From: the human T2T-CHM13v2.0 reference genome, Homo sapiens | Direction: 5' to 3' (one strand) | Length of the DNA: 64,000 nucleotides | Assembly: GCF_009914755.1 (NCBI RefSeq) | Contig: NC_060938.1 | Shown: one piece after another, positions 46,273 to 62,711 of the stretch | Position numbering within the stretch: the first letter of the stretch is position 1 | How the letters are laid out: the number at the start of each line of letters is the position of its first letter | Notes under the pieces: generated by a model | The model's input: only the letters and a program-made list of their open reading frames with translations | Told to the model about the DNA's origin: nothing | The model's database searches: none | Position numbers and translations under genes: made by a program

Positions 46273-46834
46273 GTATGGTAATTAAAATAGGCCACAAATT
46301 CTTTGCTTCCTCTCCCATTGAGAGGCAGAGTCTAATTCCTTCTTGAAACTGGGCTGACCTGGTCACTTGCTTGACCAATATAATGTGGCAGCAGTTGCAT
46401 TCTGGGACTTCTGAAGCTAGGTCAAAGGAAACTTGCACTTCCTCCAGGACTCTGGAACACTCCCTTGGGAAGCCCTGAGCTGCCATGTGAGTCCAACTAC
46501 CGTAAGACTGCCACTCTAAAGAGGCCACATGTAGGTGTTTCAATTAACACACTCAACTGAGCTCAGCCTTCTAGCCATCTCCACCAGGGCACCAGACATG
46601 TGCCCTGTCTGGTGCCCTAGTGGAGAAAGAAGCAGTCTTAAGTCCCTCAGACCAGTTCATCTACCAATTGTCTATTATCAAGTAACTTCCACTAATGACA
46701 CATGAAACAGACGAATCATCTAGTGGAAGCCTGCCTAAATTTAGTGAAGTCAGTTACACATAAAATTGTGAGATATGATTAAATGGTTGCTGTTTTAAGT
46801 CACAAAGTTTTGGGCAGCAAATGATAACTGGTAC
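46273..46834 (+). mobile_element. Old MaLR LTR (MLT1G/H-like)
   Basis: ggccacaaattctttg...cctctcccattgagagg...ggttgctgttttaagtcac...gataactggtaca. Confidence 0.65.
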
Positions 46835-46889
46835 ACTAGGCCTGCAAAACATAAGACAGTTTACATCAGGGTACTCTGTAATCATCCTA

Positions 46890-47624
<735 letters not shown>

Positions 47625-47688
47625 TAGTGAACTTGGAACATTTTAATGACTTGTAGGAAGAATTTAAAAAATAGGGGAATTCAGATAA

Positions 47689-48167
<479 letters not shown>

Positions 48168-48859
48168 TGAAACATGTGCCACCACACCTGGTCCAATGGA
48201 TCTGTGTTTAAATCCTCCTCTGCTACTGACTAGCAGTGTGACCTAAGCTGTAGAAGAAAATAAGGTTAATAATCTCAACCCTCAAAGGGGCCAGAGAGTG
48301 GTCCTTGAGTCTGCAGTAAGATCACATGATGCTGATTTGGCAAAGGGGTCAGGCTAGGCTCTCCGTTTGAAAAGTCTCACCTCCTGTCTCATTTTCATAA
48401 CAATCCCCAGCTCAATACATCCTAATAAGTGAAAAAAACTGCTGGAAGGAAGAACCCACTGCCCCTTTCTCTGGCTGAGCGTCTTTTAAATTCACAGCTA
48501 TTTGCATTACAGCAATTGGATGTTAATTTTTCAAGACCATGTCTCCAAACCTCCAGTGGCACTTATACTCGCTCATTGCTCCCACTTGTAGAGCCCATGT
48601 ATGAGTTTCATGGATAAAGCTTGCCACTCAAGTGGAGATGGAGCTACATTAGAGAGGGGGCATAATAAAGTCCTTCTACCAGTTTAAATACATGCTCAAC
48701 ATTTACAAACTCCTCTAATCTTCCAGTTTTCTCATCTATAAAGTGGGAATAATAATAGCACCCGCTTTTTATGGACTGTATTGTCATTCAAATTAGATAA
48801 TATACATAAAGCACTTAGCATACCACCTGGCATATAGCTAGCACAAACAATGATAACTA

Positions 48860-49192
<333 letters not shown>

Positions 49193-49296
49193 TTACTCTG
49201 CAATGAAAGAGTTGGCTTTCATCAGTGACAGCTTGCTTGAAAAGTGTGTATTGGGGCTCAGATTGCCTACCTGGCAATTAGTCAAACTGATATATA

Positions 49297-49617
<321 letters not shown>

Positions 49618-50081
49618 CTATATGCCTTGGCCTCATTTGGAATCCAGATGAATCTGCTTCCCTGTCTCAGGAGTACATCAGGCTGGAGTAGCTTATAACC
49701 TTCTGTACGGTACTCGTGGTCTCAGGAGCCTGTCACTACGGTATACTGGCCTCCTTGTTTGGCATCATTTAGCTCTCTGATCTAAAAGGATATGTCCTAG
49801 GAACTTGATTTATAGATTACCAAGGCACACTTTTCCAAATGTGCCTAGAGGTCCTTAGGACTGTCCCAAGCTCTGGGGTTCATGAGCTATAATAACAGTG
49901 TGGTGTTTACAATACCATTATGGTGCTTATTTTATGGGGTACGAACTTGGAATTCAAACTGGTTAAAGGACTTACTCATAATTACCAAAGCAACAATTGA
50001 ATTGAAACTTGAAGCCAAGTTACTGAATCTAGCTCAGTACACTTTCAAGGCTATACTTTTTTTTTGTCATTCTTCTAATAC

Positions 50082-50497
50082 TGTATTTGTCTGTTCTCAC
50101 ATTACTATAAAGAAATACCCTAGACTGGGTAATTTATAAAGAAAAGAGGTTTAATTGTCTCATGGTTCTGCAGGCTATACAGGAAGCATGGCAGCATCTG
50201 CTTCTGGGGAGGCCTCAGGAAGTTTTCAATTATGGCAGAAGGCAAAGGAGGCGTGAAACGTCTTACATGGCAGGAGCAGGAGCAAGAAAGAGAGTGAGGC
50301 AGAAGGTGCTACACACTTGTAAACAACAAGTTCTCACGAAAACTCACTACCAGAAGAACACCACCAAGGGAATGGGGCTAAACCCACCATGGAAACCACT
50401 CCCATGACCCATCACCTCCCACCAGGCCCCACCTCTGACACTGGGGATTACAATTTGACATGAGATATGCACAGGGACACAGATCCAAAACATATCA
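50082..50497 (-). mobile_element. MaLR solo LTR (MSTA-like)
   Basis: ctataaagaaataccctagactgggtaatttataaagaaaagaggtttaatt...gggacacagatccaaaacatatca. Confidence 0.85.
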
Positions 50498-51251
50498 AAC
50501 ACGAAATATAGATTATTAAATTCTGAATCAGCTACAGTAATAATACCATGATCATTTCTCTCTCAGAGAAAACAGACTATAATCTCACCACTAATGATAT
50601 ATATGTATGTATGTATATACACATAAATATCTATCTATCTATAATTTTTTTGGTAGGTGTTTTACCAGGAGCTGTGATGAATTCACACGTTTTCACTTAG
50701 GGCTCCTTGATCTCAAGGGCTAGACAGGATTTAGGATATAGTCTATGATCCTGAAAGAGTAATTATGACTGTCCTGTCTATAGACCTCGTCTGTGATGTT
50801 GGTCTTAGCCTGCCTGTTGGTCCTAATGTATGTGAGAGACTAGTTTCATGAAAAGCCTTCCTCTTCATTATCCAGACTGTGTACCACATAACTTTATTTC
50901 CTAAGCTGTGTAACAAAAGGTTTGAATTACATGATCTCTGAAACCTCTCCATTCTATAATTCTATTAAATAATCTTTCTATGCAATTTTTCTTTTATTCC
51001 TTTTTTTTTCAAGATGGGGTCTCACTATGTTATCCAGGCGGGACTCGAACTCCTGAGCTAAAGCAATCCTCCCACCTCAGCCTTCTGAGGAGCTGGAACT
51101 ATGGGCATGTAGCACGGTGCCTGGCACTTTTTCATTCTTTTGATTGAACATTGTTGCTTCTACAACCCAGAGTGTCTGTCTGGGTAAGTAATAATTCTTG
51201 GTTTCACAGCTAGTGAAATTTTCATATAAATTTGCTCTTCTATTTTTTTAA

Positions 51252-51472
<221 letters not shown>

Positions 51473-53088
51473 TAGAAAAGATTGGGAGAAGACACTAAGT
51501 CAGTTTTTCTTTGGGTAGTCCAGTATTACATGATGAGTCAAGTAAAGAAGAAAAGATAAAGGAAAATAAGCTCAAGAGGATTCCAAAGCTTCAGGCCCAG
51601 GAAATAGGAGAAATGATAGTGCCAATAAAGCATGAGGAATCTGAACTAATGATGCTGGCACATCTAAATGGAGGTGAGAATCACTGAAAAAAATCAGACT
51701 AGAACCCAGGCGAACCATCAAGGTTGGAGACAGAGGAGAGGTGAGCTTCCTGACAGGGAGCATAAAACAAAGGAAAGGAAGAACGTGAGCAACCCAGCCA
51801 GGACTAGGCACAGGAGACAAGTGATACCTAGAGTCCCACACACTTACTTGTACTAAACATTAACCTGCATGTCCAGTCCTACCCAGTACCTGAGTCAACC
51901 TTGGAAAGATAAGAGAGATATCAGAAATTTCACCCTCACCAGCAAAGGGGGTGGAGGGAAGACTGTTGGGGGAGCTATTAGAGAGCATCTAGAACACCTT
52001 GGCTTATCATCTGATTCACCAAAGGTAAGAATCCCAGGCCTCTACAGTCATCAAACTAGTCTTGCCAGGTCACCACCATGGCTGCCCAATCTGTATGCAT
52101 AGTTTCTATCCCAATTCCTACTTCTCACTCCACTTCCCTTCTGGGGTTGAAATGTTACCCTGATATTACCCTATTCTTAGTCTGCCTGGCTGAAGACCCA
52201 GACTGTTACCTTGCCTATATTCAGTCCCTTCTCACTGATGAATGGACTATTGACTAGGGTCCTCCTTCAAGTCAGAGGTCTCCTCTCTCCTCACTCTTCC
52301 CTCAGTTTTAAAGACAAATAATGAAAGTCAGAACTTTCTGCAATGAACCACCCTCATCCACATACCTGTGGATCCTTGGCTATCAGCTCCAAGGATGAAG
52401 CCACACCCCCCTGGACACTTTGATCTGGCTTACTGGATTTTGGATTGGAGAAATAAGAGAAGGTCCATCCAGGAGAGTGTGCTATCTCTAAAGCCAGAAG
52501 AAGAGAAATTTTTAGGGTAAGAGCCAGTTTTCACGCCAATCAGTTCCTGTAGAAAGATGAAAGAGAATGAAGATGGCCACAGATTGTTAGATTTGGTAAG
52601 AAGCAGGTCACAGTAACAGTGGAGGGAGATAATTTCAATCATGTGGTAGACCTAGAAGGCAGAATACAGGGAATTTTATTTTGAATGCTTTTTATAGTAG
52701 AGAAACTCAGATAAGAAAGATTCAGTCACTATGAAACCTTTATTTAAGTCTGCCTTTAGGTACAAATCACAAAAAATGTTCATAGAAGTTCATCCAGAGA
52801 GCTTGTCATCTCCTTCAATTTCCTTCTTCCCGTTCTTTATTCTTCCTTCTCTTTTCTCTTATACATCCTACTTACCCCTTCTCATTTTCAATTACATTCC
52901 TAGTCTATCTTAAATAGAGAAACAGAAAAAGATCTTACTAAAATAACGAAATCTAAAAATAAATAAATAAAATACATGCCAAGTACTTCTGGGGCCAGAA
53001 TGAAGAAGGGTGCAAGGGAGACTCCATCATCACCCTTAGAAATATGAAAATCTTAATAAACAATGGTAATAGAAAACTGACCTACACA

Positions 53089-53400
53089 GGCCGGGCATTG
53101 TGGCTCACGCCTGTAATCCCAGCACTTTCGGAGGTCGAGGTGGGTGGATCACCTGAGGTCGGGAGTTCAAGACCAGCCTGACCAACATGGAGCAACCCCG
53201 TCTCTACTAAAAATACAAAATTAGCCAGATGTAATAGCTGTAATCCCAGCAACTCAGGGAGGCTGAGGCAGGAGAATCAATTGAACTCAGGAGGAAGAGG
53301 TTGCGGTGAGCTGAGATCACGCCATTGCACTCCAGCCTGGGCAACAGAGTAAAACTCTGTCTCAAAAAAAAAAAAAAGAAAAGAAAAAGAAAAGAAAAGA
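53089..53400 (+). mobile_element. AluSp-like
   Basis: gagaccagcctgaccaacatggag-type motif; 3' TSD displaced by L1. Confidence 0.9.
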
Positions 53401-53414
53401 AAAAGAAAATTGAC

Positions 53415-54100
53415 AACAGGTGCTGGAGAGGATATGGAGAAATAGGAACACTTTTACACTGTTGGTGGGACTGTAAACTAGTTCAACCATTGTGGAAGTC
53501 AGTGTGGCGATTCCTCAGGGATCTAGAACTAGAAATACCATTTGACCCAGCCATCCCATTACTGGGTATATGCCCAAAGGAATATAAATCATGCCGCTAT
53601 AAAGACACATGCACACATATGTTTATTGCATCACTATTCACAATAGCAAAGACTTGGAACCAACCCAAATGTCCAACAATGATAGACCGGATTAAGAAAA
53701 TGTGGCACATATACACCATGGAATACTATGCAGCCATAAAAAATGATGAGTTCATGTCCTTTGTAGGGACATGGATGAGATTGGAAATCATCATTCTCAG
53801 TAGACTATCACAAGGACAAAAAAACCAAACACCGCATGTTCTCACTCATAGGTGGGAATTGAACAATGAGAACACGTGGACACAGGAAGGGGAACATCAC
53901 ACTCTGGAGAATGTTGTGGGGTGGGGGGAGGGGGGAAGGATAGCATTAGGAGATATACCTAATGCTAAATGACGAGTTAATGGGTGCAGCACACCAGCAT
54001 GGCACATGTATACATATGTAACTAACCTGCACATTGGGCACATGTACCCTAAAACTTAAAGTATAATAATAATAAAATAAAATAAATTAAAAAAAAAAAA
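53415..54100 (+). mobile_element. 5'-truncated LINE-1 (L1PA3-like): ORF2 C-terminus, 3'UTR, polyA
   Basis: [33 protein letters not shown] (ORF2 Cys-rich end); G-rich 3'UTR; 17-bp TSD AGAAAAAGAAAATTGAC at 53398-53414 and 54101-54117. Confidence 0.95.
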
Positions 54101-55732
54101 AGAAAAAGAAAATTGACCTAAACACACACAAAAAAACTGACCCTTTTTTGCTCTCAGCTGTCCAGTAGGCAGAAATGGAAAGAGCAGACAGGAAGGATAG
54201 AGGTGAGTCATAGAGGGCGGGAATACACAATCATTAAGTGAAAGCCATTATCCTCAGGAAGGCTCCAGAGAAGAGAGTAGGTGGCAAGAGCAGCAGAATT
54301 ATCTGAAAAGCCTCTGGAATACCCACTTCCTCTTTGCTATGGAGAAACAGGGCATGGCATGCCCCACTTCCTTCTGTTTCAAATGCATTCCCCCTTCTCT
54401 AATGGGTGAGACTCTAGGCAGCCTTTAAGATCCAGTTCAAAATACACCCATCGGATGACACCTTTCCTAACAGAAGCCTTCCTGAGCAGAGTTCACTGCT
54501 CTATCCTCTGGGCTCTCGCAAGACTCGTCCATACATGTAAGTCCACTCAAAATTTGTATTTGTTTATGTCTATCTGCTGGTCAGGAGCTCTCTGACCTCT
54601 GTATCTTGGTGCCTCCTACAGTGCCTGCCACACAGTAGGTAATTAATAACTGTGTGAGGGAGAAAGAAGAGAAAGAAAAAAGAGAGGCAGTGGGGAGAGC
54701 AGGATGGGGGAAGAGAGAAAGAGGAAGCACCTGACTACCTTCCCTGGCCAAGATAAAGGGAAATGGATTTAAAAATAACTCTGGGGGAAAGGAACTGAAA
54801 GGGGGAAATGACTTTTCTGAGTCTTGTCTGCTTCTCACTCTTCTCTCCCCCCACATCCTCTCACCACTTGAGACCTCAGGCAACAACGGTCTCATTTTCA
54901 CTCCTGATTCCTCAGTTTGCCCAAAAGAAAGAAGCCACACAGGCTTCTGACTTCTTCCACCCCATCTCCTTAAACCTCAGATCATCTGTTTTTCCACTGT
55001 GGGCCTCTCCCTCCTTGGCCTCTGCCCCCATCATCTTTCCCACACAACACTCCTGCCACATGGCCCTGGGGGGCCCGTCAGGCCTCTCAGGCCCCTGTGC
55101 CGTGCATGTCCATGTGGGAGCTTCTGCCTCAGAAGGAAACCAAGAGGTTCTCAGGGGCAGCCTGTGGTGTCTCGCTGGGAAATGCTAGACCAGGCCTACA
55201 AAGTTACCCGGGAGAGAATATTGTTAAGAAGGTTTAGGCATCCCAGGGATGGGAGAGGAGAAAGGAGCAAGTTCCAGGAAAAAAAGGGCTGAACGATTTA
55301 CAGTCCTTACTCCTACACTCCTCAAACTCTTTCATGGATGGCCATTCCACATTTTTCCCATGATCCATGGGTCAGAACCATTTTTCCAACTGTCCTCCCA
55401 TGGTCTCTACACTTTGGCTACTGAAGCTTCTTAACTCTCTTTCAAACTAGATGCCCTTTCCCTAAGAATCCCTAAGCCTTGTGGAGTTGCTCCCGAGTCT
55501 CCTTTCCTCACCTGGGTATTCAGCTGCCTCCCCTTTCCCTATATGTTTTCCCCAGGAGTTCTGGAACCACCATTTCCTCAATGGAGATCATACGTACAAA
55601 AGCAGTTTACAATGCACAGTGTGAGAATAAAATACTACCAAGAATAAAGCCTCTTTTCACTCCCCACAATCTCTGTCCTTCTCTCAGGCTATTTCTTATG
55701 CCCTCCTCTCCCCATACACTGTTGCTCCCTCT

Positions 55733-56285
55733 TCACCCAGCAGGTTTGGTTTGGTGTGGGGTGGGAACCAAAGCTATGTGCTGCACAGTGGGCAGTGTCA
55801 GGATGCAGGCAGGCATCTCAGCCCGAGGCCTTGGCAGAGTTCCCAGGCAGAGCCATCGGCCCAGGCCAGGACAGTAGGCATGGATAAGGTGAGAGAGGGC
55901 ATAAGTACGGTGACTGTAGCCCCCGAGCACCAGTAGCTCCCCCTGCAGCACAGCACTTGCAGCCCCCACATGGGGGGAGGGTAGGGGTGCCAGGTGAGTC
56001 CAGCTATCAGTCCTTAGTTCATAGGCCTCAAAGCTTAGCAGGTCCTCAGTCTCACCCAGCCCACCTGCCACATACAACCTCCCACCCAATGCAGCCATGA
56101 CATGGCCAGCCCGAGGTACCCCCATAGGGCTCAGAAACGTCCCTGGCTTCTCAAGTTTGGGGTCATAGTGCATCAGTGAGGCCAGGTATTGGCCAGTCCC
56201 ACCACAGCCACCGCTCACGTACAACTGGCCCTCCAAAATCGCAGCTGCGTGGGCAAAACATGGTGCTGGAAGTGCAGGTGCTGGC
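55733..56285 (-). CDS. KLHL33: KLHL33 last coding exon (kelch repeats, stop)
   Basis: PAPALPAPCFAHAAAILEGQLYVSGG...HQTKPAG*; acceptor cttag; 553 nt. Confidence 0.93.
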
Positions 56286-56385
56286 CTAAGGGAGAACAGG
56301 ACACAAGATAAGGCAACTAGCATCTTCAACTCTCCTTCTATTCCAAGTCTCCTAATCTCTCCCAGATGCCCCCTTGCCTGCTTAC

Positions 56386-56553
56386 CTCCAGACATTGAGC
56401 TCAGGGTTGTAGGTCTCCACAGAGTCCAGGGCAACATCATTGTGTCTTCCACCCAGGGCATAAAGTTTTCCATCCAGTGCCACCAAGGAGAAAAGGCTTC
56501 GAGCCTGGGACAAAGGAGCCATCTCCTCCCAGTCCTCTTGACTGGGCTCCCAC
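56386..56553 (-). CDS. KLHL33: KLHL33 coding exon 3 (kelch)
   Basis: WEPSQEDWEEMAPLSQARSLFSLVALDGKLYALGGRHND...NVW; AG/GT, 168 nt. Confidence 0.93.
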
Positions 56554-56678
56554 CTGGACACAGTAGGACAAGAGATTGGAAGAGGGACTCTGGGCATCCG
56601 TGGTTGGCTAGGCCAGCAATTTCTCTCCCTGCCCACCTTAGGGCCTGCCACACCCTGCCCACTCCTAGAAGCTTATAC

Positions 56679-57603
56679 CTGAGAGTTGAAGCCAGGGTGT
56701 TGGAGTGACTGTAGAAATCTTGTCCCCCACACACATAGAGTTCACTTCCTGCCAGGCTTGCAGCCCCATGCCGGAAGCGTCCGGGGGCAGGCAGGGCAGG
56801 CAGCTGCCCCCACTCAACAGTTCGTACCAGTCCCACGCCACAGCGGAAGGCCCGGGCCCACCACACTGCTCGGGATGGTTGTCTTAGGGCCATGTCTGGT
56901 CTGAGCCCATCCCCGCCAATCACTACCAGTGCCCGGTCAGGCTCCCTCCGTCTCTCTTGGCCTGGAACATCAGCCTCTACCATCAGCTGGTGCAACAGAT
57001 CTGGGGTCAGGGGTGGAAGTAGCCCGGCTGCCTGCACCCTCCGCAACTCCCTGGTGGACATGCGGCCAAAGCGGACACATCGCAGCAGGGCCTTGGCCTC
57101 TGACTCCTGGGTCTCGGGGTTGGCAGCCAGCCAACACCGTGCAGCCACAAAGGCCTCAAACTCCTCCTGCACATGGAGCTCATCACTATCCAGGAGCTCA
57201 GCCAAGCAGGCAGCTGGTAAAGAAGGGAAAGCAGGACACAAGGCTACAGCAGGCAGGTGGGTGAGGAGGTAGTGACGGGCTTTGCTCCAGAGCCTCTCCA
57301 ACCCAGGGGCTTCCGCCATGGGGAACAGGGCCAGGCAACGGGCAGGGCTGAGGCCCCGTGCCAAGCCTTTCTGACACAAATCCAAGCAGGAAGAGCTCTG
57401 GTACTGCAGAGCAGCCTGGGCAGCTCTCAGTAGCCCTGGCCACCTTGCCCGCACAACTCCGGAGTAAGCAAAAGAGACGAGGAGTCGCAGGTCCTGGGTG
57501 GAGATCGTCCGCAGAGATACCTCTGTGCCCTGGGATTCCCTCATCCCGCTCAGGAGCATGGCCCCAAAGAACTCACTGCCACAGGCCAGGGCGGCTCGGT
57601 GCA
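56679..57603 (-). CDS. KLHL33: KLHL33 coding exon 2 (second BTB, BACK, first kelch)
   Basis: HRAALACGSEFFGAMLLSGMRES...VRFGRM...LYVCGGQDF; acceptor ctgcag, donor AG|GTATAAG; 925 nt. Confidence 0.93.
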
Positions 57604-57729
57604 CTGCAGGAGGGGAGAAGGAATAGAGGAGGACTCAAAGTGTTGCAAGACCGATAGGCATTACCCCAACTTGGTACTCTAAGTTTGGCCAAACTCTAAG
57701 TTTGGCCCTCCAAGCCACCCACTGCTACA

Positions 57730-57920
57730 GACCAAACTGTGGTGTGCATCAGAATACCATGGGGTAGTTGTTAAAATGCAGGTTTCAGCAGTCCACTCCC
57801 AGAGATTCTGATTCAGCAGTTCTGGACGGAGACCCTAGAAATTTGTATTGTAACACTTCAAGTAACCCTATGTGATTCTCATGTTAGTGGCCTGAAGACA
57901 CTTAGATAAACATTGCTTTA
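57730..57920. mobile_element. MER5A-like element
   Basis: gcatcagaatacc...ttgttaaaatgcagg...cccagagattctgattcagcag. Confidence 0.6.
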
Positions 57921-58328
57921 GTCTTTTTGGTCAGATGAGTCAGAAAAAGAGTCTTCATGGATCAGGTTGAGAGGAAAGCATTTGCTAAGAGGAGCACAAA
58001 ATAAATGGGAAATGACCAACAAGCAACTTATATAGGTCTGTCTATATCGTGACAAAATAAAATTCTTTACAATCAAGAGCCAAGACTGTCAGCCATTCTG
58101 TTAGATTTTGCTGGGAAAGTGGCACCACTCGGGAATGGCTGTAATCCAACCTCATCGGATTGCTGTCTCCTCTTGCCTAAGATTTAGTGTTTAATGTTTT
58201 CCGTGCGTCCCAGCTTTTCTCTGCATAACCCTCTCCTGTTCTTGGTGTAATTTGTAGAATCATGAGATCTGAAACTTGAGAACTTCAAAATAATCTAATT
58301 CAATTATTCCCTTTAAAATAAGGAAACT

Positions 58329-58675
<347 letters not shown>

Positions 58676-59002
58676 TCATTTCCATGCAGTGGCTGTGTGG
58701 GCAGATCATCTCCATCCACTGCCACTGATGTCAGGCTGCAATAAGCATGCTTGTGTACCAATACCTTGGTTATCTGCATGGTCCTCATGACAATGAAACT
58801 GTCCTATTAACCTACGCTGTTAAACAATTAGACCTCATACTCAGCATCACTTATGGATTATTCTGGCCAAAATATTTAACTTGAATCTGTTCAACTCTTT
58901 AGATCTAAAGTCAAGTTTATAGGAAGTTGAAAGGCTAAAGGAACAATTTAGAGGGGAAAAACCACACAAATCAAGAAAATGGAGCATTTTATAGGATAAC
59001 CA

Positions 59003-59297
<295 letters not shown>

Positions 59298-59514
59298 CAG
59301 GGTAACCAATCTTACATGTTATTGTCTTTACCAATCAATATATAAAGTAATAAAAAAAAAAAAGGAGGAAGGACTGTACTAGATTAAAGGAAGCTTAAGA
59401 GACATGCAACTGAGAATAGCATAGTCCTTGATTAATTCCTGGGTTGAACAAACTCACTTTAAAAAATGTTTTTTGGACAACTGGGAAAATATAAATGTGG
59501 ACTAGGTGATATTA

Positions 59515-59970
<456 letters not shown>

Positions 59971-61160
59971 TCACACCTAGTCCCACAGAATTGTCTTCTT
60001 TTAAAAAGATACATACCCAAATACTTATGAGTAAAATGTCATGAATTTCCTTTAAACTTCAGTAAAAAATAAAATGAACAGATGAAATAAATATAGTAAA
60101 ATATTAGTTGTTAAATCTGGGTGATGGGTGTTGTTTGAATGTTCATCTTAATATTCTTGGTTTTGTAAAATGCTTCATAATAAAAAGGTGGGGGGTAATG
60201 CTCCTAGAAGTCCTTTTAGGCAGGTCACAGAGGGCCAAGCTGTTTAAGAACTCCATGCTGCTTTGACCAACTGAGGCATGCGTGCCTTTCCCAAAGGGCA
60301 GGTGTTGTTCATATGACTTTCCACTGTCTTTTAAGCAGTAGGTAGTGGCCTGGTGCTTCCCAGGTAGTAAACATCAATGACAGATTTCAAATATATATTG
60401 TCTGAGAAAATCTGCATTCCTCAAAACAAGCTAAGCCATCTCAGCTCCCATATCATCAATCAACCTATAGTTCAGAGCCAACCCTGAAAGGGCTCACAGC
60501 CACTTGTATTCACCTCTTACTCATTACTATACCCTAGGATTTTAAGTGACAGATTCGCAACCATTAAGTGGGAATATTTCCTAGGGAAATAAAAGCAGTG
60601 ATATGAGTATGCTTAAATTCAAAAGCCTAGTGAGAATTTTATGATTATGAAAAATTTAAATCCCCTCTCCATCTAGTGCTATCATAAATGAAAATAGGCT
60701 TTTGGAGTGGTTTTCCTTCTAGGAGTCCCAGAAGCACTTCAGTTCCCAGTCACTCCTCTAATGGGCAGTAGCTATGTGACTTTGGACAAGTCTTGGATTC
60801 TGATTTCGTCATCATCAAAGTGTAACAGCCCAACTAGATAATCTCTAAACTAATCCCTTGTAATTTTAAACTTTCAATGTGTCCACATGGCCTAGTGGAA
60901 GCAGACTGGACTAGTGATGTAGGCTTGTATCCTGGGGTTGTCCCAAGTCAACATCTCCAAATTTAATGTTCCTTATGTGCACCTGTAGATAATGATATTG
61001 ACCTCACCAGCTTTCAGTAAAATTTAAAAAGAGATGTCATGTGTAAAAATTTCAGGTACCCAGTGCCTCACTAAATGTTAGTAGACTCCGAATAATACTC
61101 AACTTATGCAACCCTACTTAGCTTTCCTGGTGATGAGCAGAGTTAACTTCAAAGTGCCAT

Positions 61161-61476
<316 letters not shown>

Positions 61477-61963
61477 TTAAACAGTACCAGACCTTGCTCA
61501 TTAGCTGCAGGGCCCATAAGTCAGCCATGGCGTCAAGCACACCAAGGTGAAAGCACACATTGAGTTTTCCACCATGTTCCCCTGGCTTTCCTGTGTCCTG
61601 AATGGAGGATGCCAAGAAGGGCCTTTTGTTAATTTCTGCTTGAGTCAATCCACTTTCTGCTTGTTCTACTGCCATGGATTGTACCCTTAGCTCTAGCCAG
61701 CTGGCTGGAGATTCCTTGTTACTGGACACAGGAAAAGCCAGACAGAGGGTCAGTTTAAATCTGTCAGAGCGCCTAGAAAACAACTCGACTGCGCATGCCC
61801 GGCTCTCCGTGGGGCAGGAGAGGCACCAAAGGCCACCCCAGGGAAATTCTGACAGCAGCAGGGATCAAAACCATCATGGTGGGGATAAAACCACCTGCTG
61901 CTTGCACACACCATTCCGTTAGCATATGCACCTGCAGTAATTTAATGCCCCACAGGCCCTCAC

Positions 61964-62711
61964 CCGACAGCTGGCAGCCGCCTGCCTCCAGCTTCAAGTC
62001 ACACCCGACGCCCTCTCGGTAGAGGAGCTCGATTCCGCGCAGGTTCTCCCTCAGCTCCTCTGCCTGGCTGGGCTTCTTTACATCTTCCCCGGCATTTCCA
62101 GCCCTCTCGCATGTCTGCTGGGCAGCAGCCTTCACCCGGGGCGCTCCCAGCGCCTCTGCTGCGGCCAGCACATCCCCCTGCGAGGCGGGGCCCAGCACCC
62201 CCTCATAGGCAAAGGTCAGCACGGCCTCCCAGCCCCCTGGGGACACCTCGAGGCTGAAGGGGGGCCGCGGACCTCCGCCGCCCAGCAGCCTGTCTCGGAA
62301 GAGGCTGCTGATTGCGGCCAGGATCACCCGATGCACCCCGTATACCCGCCCCGCGACTGACACCTCTTCGTCCAGCAACAGTCTCTGCTCCCGCAGCCGC
62401 TGGGCCTCGGCGAAAAACTGGCTCGGATGCTCCTCGCTGCGCAGCCACTCGGGCTCTGCCGCATCTTCATCTTCTTCCTCTTCCTCTTCTTCCTCTAGGG
62501 ACAAGGCTGGAAAGGGAAGGTTCCTTGGGACCAGGGGCCTGGAACCAGGCTCCTCCAGAGGAAAGGAAGGCAATCTGGGATCCTCGTCGGGGGAGGGAGG
62601 CCAGGAAGGGGTTCTCTGGGCGTGCACAAGGAGTCCAAGGCAGTCCCTCTGGACGGGATGAGAGACACTCTCCAGCTCAGGGGGATAATGTGGGGTGTCC
62701 GAGACGCTCAT
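61964..62711 (-). CDS. KLHL33: KLHL33 coding exon 1 (Pro/Glu-rich N-terminus, first BTB, start of second BTB)
   Basis: ATG at 62711 (MSVSDTPH), VHRVILAAISSLFR BTB motif, donor G|GTGAG; splices in frame to 57603; total CDS 2394 nt = 797 aa + stop. Confidence 0.85.
61990..62480. promoter_or_regulatory. Intragenic CpG-rich segment in KLHL33 coding exon 1
   Basis: Dense CpG/GC. Confidence 0.6.

Noticed and set aside
53325-53972. 215-aa plus-strand ORF
   Set aside because: Read-through from an Alu tail into the truncated L1 ORF2 end; no promoter or true start; not a gene.
55733-57603. Apparent amino-acid differences from the KLHL33 sequence I remember (RRVQAAG, LPTVQH)
   Set aside because: Probably common polymorphisms; cannot be verified without a reference alignment.
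57676-57707. 15-bp direct repeat ACTCTAAGTTTGGCC x2 near the KLHL33 acceptor
   Set aside because: Simple slippage duplication upstream of the branch/polypyrimidine region; no evident function.
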